Origin: Calditrichia bacterium
GTDB taxonomy: Bacteria > Calditrichota > Calditrichia > JAJRVZ01
DNA length: 64,000 nt
Assembly: GCA_963796965.1 (NCBI GenBank)
Contig: CAWCNS010000002.1
Span: forward strand, 192,001-256,000
Direction: 5' to 3'
Positions 1 to 8,722 of this stretch are shown here, piece by piece. The position numbers were made by a program, and so were the translations under genes. Position 1 is the stretch's first letter, and each line of letters begins with the position of its first letter. The notes under the pieces were generated by a model. It saw nothing but the letters and a program-made list of their open reading frames with translations. It had not been told where the DNA came from and ran no database searches.

Positions 1-1662
1 CTTTCCTGAAGCACATTTCTTGTAGTTCTCTATAAAATCTTTATTAGTCGAGGGTTGAAAATATCTAAGATTAAACATTCCAGCCAAATATTTGAAATCA
101 TAATCATGCGCTGTTCCAAAATATTGCTCAAAAATATGTGAGTATTTTGCAACCGGAAGAAATGAAAAGATGCCTCCACCACTATTATTTATAAGAACCA
201 GGGTGATCGGATTCTCCGATCCGTCAACTAGTAACAATGAATTCATATCATGGATTAAAGCCAGATCTCCAAGCACTACTGTTACAGGTTTGTTCAAACC
301 GCTACAATATCCTGCCGCTGTAGCCAAAATTCCATCGATACCACTGGCACCTCGATTTGCAGATATAAAAGGTGTAGGGTTTCCAAAATCAGCAAACATA
401 TCAAAATCCCGAATAGGCATGCTGTTAGAGAGAAAAAGGCCATGAGCAGGATTTAGATTTCGGGATAAGTGAACGGGTAGAGAAAATTCAGAAATCTCTG
501 AATTTGATTGGAGATATTTATCTAACACATCTCTGACTTTTAAATCATTTTCAGTAATCCCCATATGCCAATTCTTATCCGTATTGCCCCTTACCTGAGC
601 CCCCAAACTGGTGCAAAAATAATCAATATCGCAATCAAAACGTTTCGAAATCTGATGGCTTGGGTCATGTCGTTCTTCGTTCTCAGCAATATGGATATAG
701 GCTTGAGGCGGATGTTTTTGGATAAATTGCAGATATCTTTTTGATGTCAATGGTCTGCCAATATGTAAAATCAATTTAGGATTCAGATCATTCTCAACTT
801 TATCAGATAAAAGAAGTTGATCAAAATATTTGATAATTGAAGCCGATTTGGATTCACCACGAAGACCTGACGTTATATCTGCAAATACTGGCCACCGCAA
901 CCTGGCGGCTAATTGGACAACGGCCCTTTTAGCTCTCTCACCAGGCAGCTCTCCTACAACAAGAAGGCCCTTTCGTACACCATTTATTTGATGAGCAAGA
1001 TTGTCTACCGCCTTTTGGCTAGGATAAGCGTTCTTTTTTTCATAGATCGAAAATGGTTTTCGGGATTGTTCCCACTTTCTCACAGATCTAAAATAGGTTC
1101 GAGGGAAAGGCTTATTTGTGGGTTCCAGTGGTTCTCTGAACATACAATTTAAATGAACCGGCCCAGGACCATTACACTGTGTTTGGTATACCGCCTGGTC
1201 AATTGTAGTTAATACCATTTGTGCAGGAATCTCCAGATCCGGACAGGGAAGATCAAAAAACCATTTTGGATAGTCTGAAAAAATCTTTACCTGATCAATA
1301 GTCTGATTTGCCCCAGTAGCTCTCAAATCTGGTGGACGATCTGCCGTTATTATTATAAGAGGAATATTAGATTGACGGGCTTCAATAATTGCGGGGTAAA
1401 AATTTGCTGCTGCGGTACCTGAGGTACAGATAATAGCCGCTGGTTTCCCGGTTGCCCTACTATATCCCAACGCATAGAAAGCACTTCCACGTTCATCGAT
1501 ACAAACAATATTTTCTGCATTGGGATTTTCAGCGGCTGCAATGGTCAGGGGCGTGGATCGAGAACCGGGAGAAATACAAAAACGGGTAATACCATTTCTG
1601 ACAAGCTCATCAATAAGCAGGTATCCCCAGAAGCTGTTGATGTTCTTTAAGCGACTTTCCAT
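1..1662 (-). CDS. menD: SEPHCHC synthase MenD, 3' end runs off the window; not in the ORF track
   Basis: Manual translation from ATG 1662 gives MESRLKNINSFWGYLLIDELVRNGITRFCISPGSRSTPL...DERGSAFYALG...CTSGTAAANFYPAIIEA. Further on are NRGASGIDG, GDLAL and NNSGGGIF (ThDP-binding motif). Lies directly downstream of menF. Confidence 0.93.
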   Translation of the reverse strand, partial: MESRLKNINSFWGYLLIDELVRNGITRFCISPGSRSTPLTIAAAENPNAENIVCIDERGSAFYALGYSRATGKPAAIICTSGTAAANFYPAIIEARQSNIPLIIITADRPPDLRATGANQTIDQVKIFSDYPKWFFDLPCPDLEIPAQMVLTTIDQAVYQTQCNGPGPVHLNCMFREPLEPTNKPFPRTYFRSVRKWEQSRKPFSIYEKKNAYPSQKAVDNLAHQINGVRKGLLVVGELPGERAKRAVVQLAARLRWPVFADITSGLRGESKSASIIKYFDQLLLSDKVENDLNPKLILHIGRPLTSKRYLQFIQKHPPQAYIHIAENEERHDPSHQISKRFDCDIDYFCTSLGAQVRGNTDKNWHMGITENDLKVRDVLDKYLQSNSEISEFSLPVHLSRNLNPAHGLFLSNSMPIRDFDMFADFGNPTPFISANRGASGIDGILATAAGYCSGLNKPVTVVLGDLALIHDMNSLLLVDGSENPITLVLINNSGGGIFSFLPVAKYSHIFEQYFGTAHDYDFKYLAGMFNLRYFQPSTNKDFIENYKKCASGK

Positions 1663-3034
1663 CAACTTCCAATACTTTTTTATAATGGTCGATTTTATTA
1701 TCTAACTCTTCCCATTCCTTTTCTGGAGAGGAACCTTCAACTATACCAGCACCAGAATACAGATACATTTTATTTTTTATTACCAGGGCTGAACGTATAG
1801 CTACAGCGAAAGTTGCAGAATCAGCACCAGTCCAGCCAACAGGCGCCGCATACCATCCACGATTAAAGGGCTCAGCCGCCTTAAGGGTAGGCAAAACTGA
1901 TTTTTCCGGGTAGCCCCCAACAGCTGGGGTGGGATGTAATGCTTCAAGAATTTCACCATCCGTCACACCGTCGTGAAGCGTTCCGTTAAACGGAACATAA
2001 AGATGTTGAATCTGTGATAGTTTTAGTACACTTACTTTCTGATCAGAATTAAGATTTTCACACAATCTACCCAAATTTCTTCGCAAACTTGTGGAGACGT
2101 AACCATGCTCCCTTAGCTCTTTTTCACTGGTTATCAATTCATTGGCTAATTCTTCATTCTGTTTTTCATCTTGCCCCCGCGGTCTTGTACCAGCAACCGC
2201 TTCTGAGATAATATCTCTTTTATCTCTCCGGTATAAGATTTCCGGCGTTACACCAACAAAGACCATATCTTCTTGTGGCTGAAAACAAAAACTAACTGTA
2301 TGATGGTTTGTTTTACGTAAAATTGAGATAATTGCAAAAGGGTCTGGTTGTGTTAGCAGATCTATTTCAACTTTGCGCGCCAGAACTATTTTTTCATATT
2401 CATCATTTTGAATATGGCGCAAAGCTGTATAGATCATATCTTGCCACTTCTTCTTATCAGGGTGGTTAACTATCTCTGCAATTACCTGCTTTTCAGCCGG
2501 TGCGCACTGGTCTTCAAATGAGATTTTATCCAGATCACGGACAAGTTGAATAAGTTCATTATCATCGGGATGTACGAGATTGCAGATAAAAAAATCACCT
2601 TCACCATTTCGTACTATTTCAAATCGGGGTAAAATAAATTGATAGGCGCCGAAGGCTTTCCATTCTTCTTTAATAAGTGAGTTCTTATAAAAAGAAAATC
2701 CACCAAAATAACGACATTTTGAACATTTCTCGGAAGAGTACTTGTGAACTCGTTGAATTACCGGGGCATAGCCCGACAATTCATCTCCAAATACACTATC
2801 AGCAGCACCTATTCCGGCAACTTCAAGATTTTCATTTTTGTCATACCAATAAAATTTTTGAGAATAGGTTTGATTCCTTAACCAGCTTAGAATATCGATT
2901 TCTTCAATGGGTAAGGCAAGCCTTAAAACACGCGGATATTTTTCTTTCCGGGTCGTACGGGAATTCAGATAGCTAAGAACTGTTTCTCTGATCTGACCTA
3001 TTGTTACTTTTTTTATACCAATTTTTTCAAGCAT
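1610..3034 (-). CDS. menF: Isochorismate synthase
   Basis: Chorismate-binding motifs KIVLAR, TPE, AVAGTRPRG, KELREH, LHPTPAVGGYP, RGWYAAPVG, AIRSA and GAGIV; adjacent to menD. Confidence 0.92.
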   Translation of the reverse strand: MLEKIGIKKVTIGQIRETVLSYLNSRTTRKEKYPRVLRLALPIEEIDILSWLRNQTYSQKFYWYDKNENLEVAGIGAADSVFGDELSGYAPVIQRVHKYSSEKCSKCRYFGGFSFYKNSLIKEEWKAFGAYQFILPRFEIVRNGEGDFFICNLVHPDDNELIQLVRDLDKISFEDQCAPAEKQVIAEIVNHPDKKKWQDMIYTALRHIQNDEYEKIVLARKVEIDLLTQPDPFAIISILRKTNHHTVSFCFQPQEDMVFVGVTPEILYRRDKRDIISEAVAGTRPRGQDEKQNEELANELITSEKELREHGYVSTSLRRNLGRLCENLNSDQKVSVLKLSQIQHLYVPFNGTLHDGVTDGEILEALHPTPAVGGYPEKSVLPTLKAAEPFNRGWYAAPVGWTGADSATFAVAIRSALVIKNKMYLYSGAGIVEGSSPEKEWEELDNKIDHYKKVLEVDGKSLKEHQQLLGIPAY

Positions 3035-3047
3035 ATATGTAATGTGG

Positions 3048-3782
3048 TTAATTTATAATCTTTTTTCCATAGTAAATTGTCGCTACACCGAAAGTTAATG
3101 GTAGCATTTCAACTTCATCAAATCCTTGTCCAGATATCAAATCACAGAATGCCTTTCCATATGGAAAGGTCTCCACAGTTTGATTAAGATAACGATAAGC
3201 ATATCGATCTCCGGATATCAGTCCACCAATAAATGGTAGCACGTACCGGAAATATATTAAGTATAATTTCCTAATAATTCTTATTTTTGGCAATGAAAAT
3301 TCCAAAATAATTACCCGTCCCCCCGGAGTGAGTACGCGGTACATTTCAGAAAGTGCTTTTTTTACATCTGTTACATTGCGAATGCCAAAAGAAATGGTTA
3401 CAGTATCAAAAGATCCTTCCTCAAATTGTATATCTTCTGCATTGCCCTCTTGTAAGGTAATTACATTCTGCAATTGTTGCTGTCGAACTTTTTCTTTACC
3501 AATATCGAGCATTTCGAGGGCAAGATCGGTACCCGTTGCAGAGGCTATGCGACTACTCGTTTGAAAAAGGTAAAGTAATTGATCACCGGTACCGGTGGCC
3601 AGATCTAGAATCTTTTGATTGGATTTTTCGGGCAGGACTTGAGCAACTTTTTTACGCCATCTTATGTCCTGGCCAAGTGAGAGGAGATGGTTTAGCAAAT
3701 CGTAGCGACGGGCAATTCGATCAAACATCTGCCAAACCTGAGCACGTTGTGGTTGTTTTTTGGTGTTAACCAATAATTCCAT
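3048..3782 (-). CDS. menG: Demethylmenaquinone methyltransferase (UbiE/MenG)
   Basis: MFDRIARRYDLLNHLLSLGQD, SAM motif ILDLATGTGD, FGIRNV and EMYRVLTPGG; in the men operon. Confidence 0.93.
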   Translation of the reverse strand: MELLVNTKKQPQRAQVWQMFDRIARRYDLLNHLLSLGQDIRWRKKVAQVLPEKSNQKILDLATGTGDQLLYLFQTSSRIASATGTDLALEMLDIGKEKVRQQQLQNVITLQEGNAEDIQFEEGSFDTVTISFGIRNVTDVKKALSEMYRVLTPGGRVIILEFSLPKIRIIRKLYLIYFRYVLPFIGGLISGDRYAYRYLNQTVETFPYGKAFCDLISGQGFDEVEMLPLTFGVATIYYGKKIIN

Positions 3783-4016
3783 TTATCTCCATATCAATCA
3801 TCGATTTTTCCAAGTCAAAAGTTGGGTATATTGTTCCATATAAATCAGAAAACGAACAAATGGGTACAGATAATACTTCTCTAAAACATATTTTCGCGTT
3901 GAATTTAGGTAAATTATAGAATGCCTTCAATCTTTTTTAATTCACATAAAAATCTATAGTTTATTAACCCCGGTGGCTGAAAATATATTCCAATTCTTAA
4001 AGATGGTCACAAACGA

Positions 4017-5477
4017 TTAGGCCCTAGAATCTCCGGAAGGGACAGTGTCAAGGTCACAAGATCCGCATGATTCCTGATAGTCTAAGCCAAAATATCGATG
4101 GATAAAGGCTTTACGACAGGTTTCATCTTTCGTGTAAAGGACCATCTGATAAAGTTTCTCCTGTTCCCGTTTTAATTTTTTCTCACGATATTCAATGGAG
4201 TGTAATTCCGTGGGCAGATCTGATATAATCCTGATATTCTTTGATTCAATATCACCTTCGATTACGGCATAGCGGTCTAACATACCCAGAGCCGTCTCAA
4301 GCCGAAAATCTTTACTATTTTTAAATGTGAGCTGTTCACGGATAAATTCAATACCTTCACCGTTTACCCGTTCAATTTGGTCATAGAGCAGTCGGTACAA
4401 CCGGTCATAATAATCTGCTGAGGGATTATTCCATTTGATAAATTCCAACTGAATACTTAAATCTTGTTCATCATATAAGAGGGTGCAAATAGAAGGTTCT
4501 CCGTCACGCCCGGCCCTGCCTATCTCCTGATAATATGACTCCAGACTGGCTGGAATCTGGGCATGGATGACAAAACGGATATTCTCTTTATCAATCCCCA
4601 TACCAAAGGCATTTGTAGCTAACACAAGATTGTTTTCTCCCCCCATAAAACGATCCTGTATTTTTTTACGGTCCTGAGCAGTGAGATCTCCATGATATTT
4701 CATAAATTTTATTTTGTTTTTTCTTAATAACTCCCCCATTCGATGCAAGTCTTTGATTAAAACGAAGTAAATGATACCATTACCGCGATTATTTTGAAGC
4801 ACCTGCATTATTCGAGAAATTTTTTCTTCTTCTCCCCAAAGATTATCGCATTCCAGAAACAGATTCTCTCTTTCAATGCCTTCATGATAAATTTTAACCT
4901 CTTTATCGGGCAGATCCAATTGGCTTATAATATCTTTTTGTACTTCTGGAGTGGCTGTTGCTGTAAGAGCAATTGTTGTTGGATTTTTCATGAGTCGACG
5001 AAATTCTTTCAAACGTGTATAATCAGGTCTGAAATCGTGCCCCCACTCACTGATACAATGCGCTTCGTCAACGGCCAGGAGATCAATTTGACGTTCTTTT
5101 AAAATCTTAACAAAATCTATTTTTCGAAAACGTTCTGGGGTAACATATAGAAGCTTATAATTACCATTTCCAATGTTTCTGTAGCGCTCTTCTCTCTCTT
5201 TACGACTGAGAGACGAATTGATAAAAGTTGCATCAATGTTTTTGGCCACCAAGCCATCCACCTGATCTTTCATTAAAGCAATCAAAGGCGAGATGACGAC
5301 TGTTAATCCGTCAAACATTAAAGAAGGTATTTGATAGGTAAGAGATTTACCTGAACCGGTAGGCATTATTACAAGAGAGTGCTTTCCTTCTAAGGTTCTT
5401 TGAATAACAGATTCTTGAATAGAACGGAAATTATTGTGTCCAAAATAGGTTTGTAAGATATTTTCAGACGTATTCAT
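4017..5477 (-). CDS. recQ: RecQ-family ATP-dependent DNA helicase (short form)
   Basis: MPTGSGKS, SPLIALMKDQV, VDEAHCISEWGHDFRP, TATA, QEIGRAGRDG and the RQC zinc cysteines. Start moved to ATG 5477 (MNTSENILQ) because the upstream ORF extension runs through a repeat. Confidence 0.9.
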   Translation of the reverse strand: MNTSENILQTYFGHNNFRSIQESVIQRTLEGKHSLVIMPTGSGKSLTYQIPSLMFDGLTVVISPLIALMKDQVDGLVAKNIDATFINSSLSRKEREERYRNIGNGNYKLLYVTPERFRKIDFVKILKERQIDLLAVDEAHCISEWGHDFRPDYTRLKEFRRLMKNPTTIALTATATPEVQKDIISQLDLPDKEVKIYHEGIERENLFLECDNLWGEEEKISRIMQVLQNNRGNGIIYFVLIKDLHRMGELLRKNKIKFMKYHGDLTAQDRKKIQDRFMGGENNLVLATNAFGMGIDKENIRFVIHAQIPASLESYYQEIGRAGRDGEPSICTLLYDEQDLSIQLEFIKWNNPSADYYDRLYRLLYDQIERVNGEGIEFIREQLTFKNSKDFRLETALGMLDRYAVIEGDIESKNIRIISDLPTELHSIEYREKKLKREQEKLYQMVLYTKDETCRKAFIHRYFGLDYQESCGSCDLDTVPSGDSRA

Positions 5478-5500
5478 GGTTGGATAATAGTAGTAATATG

Positions 5501-5627
5501 AATGTCCAATGTCAAAGCTAAATGCCAAATAAAGTCCAAATGACCAAATGCCAATTAAAAACAAAAAACTATTAAGTATTGTGGCTTAAATATTAAATTG
5601 TCATTGGGATTTTAGCATTTGGCATTG
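5501..5627. repeat. Periodic AATG(N3-4) inverted-repeat element, empty form
   Basis: Left arm aatgtccaatgtcaaagctaaatgccaaat...caaatgaccaaatgccaa; right arm ttgtcattgggattttagcatttggcattgg is its degenerate reverse complement. Confidence 0.7.
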
Positions 5628-5669
5628 GTAGTAGGATATTAGATACAATGAGTTCTGATCGCGTACCCC

Positions 5670-6296
5670 TTATTGCTCCTTGATGACTCTTGCCGGTGCT
5701 CCGCCGGCAATGACCTTTGGAGGAATTGAACGACTTATTACACTATTAGAAGAGATTGTCGCGCCATTTCCGACCGTGACACCGGCCTGTACTTCTGTGT
5801 TTTTGCCAATCCATACATCTTTACCTATATAAACTGATTTAGTCCCGTTGTATGCAGAGATATCTGATTCCTTCGTTATAATATCGGTGATGGTCACATC
5901 TGCCCCAATTATCGTATTGTCCTCTATCGTTACATTGTTTCTTGAAATAATTTTGACATTGCGTCCAACTTTAACATTTTGGCCGATATGAATATACCCA
6001 CGGCCTTCTGTAAGTAATTTTACATTTGTGTAAAAATGACACCCGTCACCAATTTTAATATTCTTGGTACCTGTCAGATTGAGTTTGCCATCACATTTTA
6101 CCCCATTACCCATTTCTTTTAATTTCATTTTCAGTATGAGATGACAGAAAGTTCTGGCGATTGACCTGAAAATATTTATTGCCTCACTGGCTGTGTTATG
6201 AGTATGCGGTGAATTTCCCCTTTGATTCTTTACATCGGCTGTATGTTTAATTTGCTCTGTCATGGGATCACCAACTTTCAGTGTTAATGTTTGCAT
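5670..6296 (-). CDS. Hexapeptide-repeat (left-handed beta-helix) acyltransferase
   Basis: Repeats IKIGDGC, IHIGQNVKVG, VYIGKDVWIG, VTVGNGATI and C-terminal GGAPARVIK; SD ggag upstream. Confidence 0.85.
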   Translation of the reverse strand: MQTLTLKVGDPMTEQIKHTADVKNQRGNSPHTHNTASEAINIFRSIARTFCHLILKMKLKEMGNGVKCDGKLNLTGTKNIKIGDGCHFYTNVKLLTEGRGYIHIGQNVKVGRNVKIISRNNVTIEDNTIIGADVTITDIITKESDISAYNGTKSVYIGKDVWIGKNTEVQAGVTVGNGATISSNSVISRSIPPKVIAGGAPARVIKEQ

Positions 6297-6334
6297 TCTT
6301 TTGTTGCTCCTTTATAGTATCTACTATAAGGTAA

Positions 6335-6350
6335 TACAGTAATCGTGCCA
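6335..6350 (-). promoter_or_regulatory. Candidate sigma-54 -24/-12 promoter
   Basis: Minus strand TGGCACGATTACTGTA (GG-N10-GT), ~40 nt upstream of the acyltransferase start. Confidence 0.55.
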
Positions 6351-6529
6351 GAAAACACAGAGGTCAGATTTACCACACGTAACTAACTATTTATTATGAA
6401 TTTATATGATTAAGACTCATAGATCTTCATGGTAATCTATGTATTTTTAAGTAATCAATGTGAGACAACGTCTCAAATTGAGACTGAGAATGAGGCAAAA
6501 CAGAGGGGTTAAAAAACGTGGCTTGTACT

Positions 6530-6630
6530 GCGCAGAGTGAAGAGTGAACAGAGATGAGAGTTCTTCTCCTCTCTCCTCACTCTTCTTTTTCCACCCTAAA
6601 CGCTCTATGCTCCACGCTCTACGTGCAGCG
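6530..6630 (-). repeat. Periodic GAGCGTR/GAGAGGA heptamer element
   Basis: Minus strand gtagagcgtggagcatagagcgtttagggtgg...gagtgaggagagaggagaagaactctcatctctgttcactcttcactct; similar tracts at 23768, 26458, 31400, 36437 and 58233. Confidence 0.65.
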
Positions 6631-7282
6631 TACTGCGGACAACACGGTTCCGCCCAATCCAGTAAGCCCAGGGAATTAATAACCACTGGGAAAGACCAAC
6701 ATAACCGATGGCATCTGCAGAGGGTGGTGGAGGCCCAAAAAGATTACTCACATATATAATGGAGAGAAATCCTATCAAAACCCATAGTGCCATTGAACCT
6801 GTTTTGTTTTTCGCTTGTGTTGTTTTTAAATAGAAATAGATTCCAAGTACAAAAATCGAGATTTCAAGAATTAATGTCCCTGCCATTGAATTCCATAATC
6901 CGAGACCAACCATTATTTCACTGCCTGGTAGGAGTGGCAAATCAGGGCGGTGGGTAATAAGATCCAGTACCCAGTGGCTAACTACAAGAGCACCTATCCA
7001 TAAAGCATTTTTCATATTCTTTTTGAGTAGAAAATAAGTGGTTCCCAGAATTAGCCCCCAAATTAAAACACCAAGCAAACTATGGGTAAATGGATAGTGA
7101 ACAAAGTCTAAGGGCGTGATTATTGTATTTCCCGGATCTATTACAACCCGCTCAATTCCAAAAATCAGCAACACGGGCCAAATAAGATCAATCCATTGTG
7201 TAGCCAGGAACAACGTTCCTAATGAAAGTGAAGGTGCCATCTTTTTAGCCCCGAACCCTGCCCCAAAATGACCAATAAACAT
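6605..7282 (-). CDS. Membrane-bound metal-dependent hydrolase-like protein
   Basis: MFIGH, DLIWP, YPFTHSL and SHWVLDLITHRPDL motifs with several TM segments; the C-terminus reads into the heptamer repeat. Confidence 0.8.
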   Translation of the reverse strand: MFIGHFGAGFGAKKMAPSLSLGTLFLATQWIDLIWPVLLIFGIERVVIDPGNTIITPLDFVHYPFTHSLLGVLIWGLILGTTYFLLKKNMKNALWIGALVVSHWVLDLITHRPDLPLLPGSEIMVGLGLWNSMAGTLILEISIFVLGIYFYLKTTQAKNKTGSMALWVLIGFLSIIYVSNLFGPPPPSADAIGYVGLSQWLLIPWAYWIGRNRVVRSTLHVERGA

Positions 7283-7344
7283 GATATCTCTCCTAATGTT
7301 TTTTCATTAAACTAAGGAGTTTTGAGTAATATTTCCAATGAATC

Positions 7345-7396
7345 ACCTCCCCCTTCAATTCCCCCTCCTTACTAAGGAGGAAGACAGAGGGGACGG
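7345..7396. repeat. CCCCCTCCTT-N-AAGGAGG palindromic intergenic repeat (degenerate)
   Basis: cctcccccttcaattccccctccttactaaggaggaagacagagggg contains the hairpin cctcctt-act-aaggagg. Confidence 0.5.
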
Positions 7397-7424
7397 TAAC
7401 TCCGGGACACAAATATATATAACT

Positions 7425-7440
7425 AACAAAATTTGTACCA
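7425..7440 (-). promoter_or_regulatory. Candidate sigma-54 promoter
   Basis: Minus strand TGGTACAAATTTTGTT (GG-N10-GT), ~140 nt upstream of the hydrolase start. Confidence 0.4.
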
Positions 7441-7514
7441 AAAACTTTTCCAACCTCCTTTGGAATTTTGTGAAATATATCATATCTTCCCATTCAATTT
7501 GCAGGAGAATAAAA

Positions 7515-8705
7515 ATGCAGTTGTTATTTGCAGTAATTACTTTATTGACAATGGTATTTACTTACAGTCTGGTAGCACAGGATGATCTGTATACTCTGGA
7601 AGCGGAAAATAGTGGATTTAAAAATATATCAACCTGGATTAAATCCTCAAGTCAGCCTTTGCCCGTAAGCAGGACACGAGTTTTATCACTACAAAATGAA
7701 ATTGAACTTACCGACGCTATTTTCTTTTATATTGATAAGGATATAGGATTTGGGAAAAAGCAGCTCATTGGGAATCAACAAAATCCGCTTTTAAAAATTA
7801 GCTGGTATGATCAGAATGGCGAGCCGTTCGGTACATGGCAAATGCCCTGGTATAATGATTTACCCCTCCCATCGATAAGAATTGATCATCATTCCGGCAA
7901 TCTGGTTTGTGTCGACCTCCAGAATCAGATTCGTATTATCAATTCTGAAGGAAAAATATCCAACCAATTCCGAGTTTTGGAATCATATAAATATAATTCT
8001 GAGAACAATGCATATACTGATCTAAACAATGGATTGCTAAGTGTAGGGATAACCGAGATATTTCCCTCATTAGATGGTAACCCAAAATATAAAAGTTCTA
8101 TTCGGGTATACGAATTGAATGGCCGTTTGCGTATGCGTTTTGATCTGCCAGAATGGCAAATACGTTCATTAAACGGATCATCAAATGGCCAATTAACAGC
8201 GGCTTCTTTTTTTAGAAAAGATGTTGAGGGATCTTCACATCAATTTCGAACATTGGTCTTAGACATGGAGGCAAATATCATTGTTGATCAATCGGTGAAA
8301 GCCCGAAAAACAATCTTTAATCACGACAATTCCATGTCATACCTTTTAGATAAAAATGTAGGATATTTATTGGATATAGCAAGCAATAGATTAATTACTG
8401 AAACAAACGTCAAGGATACGGAAAATATTTATTTATCGGCCGTATTTACGCCGCCCACAAATTTCATAATTATTCAAGAGGGAAAGGCTAAACAGGAGAT
8501 TGCTGATGATCAGACGTCATGGATCTATGATAATATCCGGATTCTAAGCCTTGACAACCTGGGCCGAGAAAAGTATGATCTGCCTGTCGATAATATCACC
8601 ATTGATAAACCAGCATTATGGTATGATAGTAAGTCTAAAAGAGCTTTTTGTGGGACATCGCCAGGGCTGGAAAATATTCAAGGTAAACCATTGATTTGGG
8701 CCTAA
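7515..8705 (+). CDS. Secreted hypothetical protein, beta-rich (possible beta-propeller)
   Basis: SD aggag before ATG 7515; signal peptide MQLLFAVITLLTMVFTYSLVA; 17 nt gap to the M23 gene. Confidence 0.7.
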   Translation: MQLLFAVITLLTMVFTYSLVAQDDLYTLEAENSGFKNISTWIKSSSQPLPVSRTRVLSLQNEIELTDAIFFYIDKDIGFGKKQLIGNQQNPLLKISWYDQNGEPFGTWQMPWYNDLPLPSIRIDHHSGNLVCVDLQNQIRIINSEGKISNQFRVLESYKYNSENNAYTDLNNGLLSVGITEIFPSLDGNPKYKSSIRVYELNGRLRMRFDLPEWQIRSLNGSSNGQLTAASFFRKDVEGSSHQFRTLVLDMEANIIVDQSVKARKTIFNHDNSMSYLLDKNVGYLLDIASNRLITETNVKDTENIYLSAVFTPPTNFIIIQEGKAKQEIADDQTSWIYDNIRILSLDNLGREKYDLPVDNITIDKPALWYDSKSKRAFCGTSPGLENIQGKPLIWA

Positions 8706-8722
8706 ACTAATCGAGAAAATCC

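Noticed and set aside
170..1705. Short ORFs 170-445, 913-1152, 1353-1541 and 1520-1705
   Set aside because: Shadows of menD, which the track missed because its stop lies outside the window.
5478..5564. N-terminal ORF extensions of recQ (also 7338-7514, 26543-26593, 31532-31579)
   Set aside because: They read through intergenic sequence, mostly repeats. The downstream ATGs give family-typical N-termini, most with SD sites.
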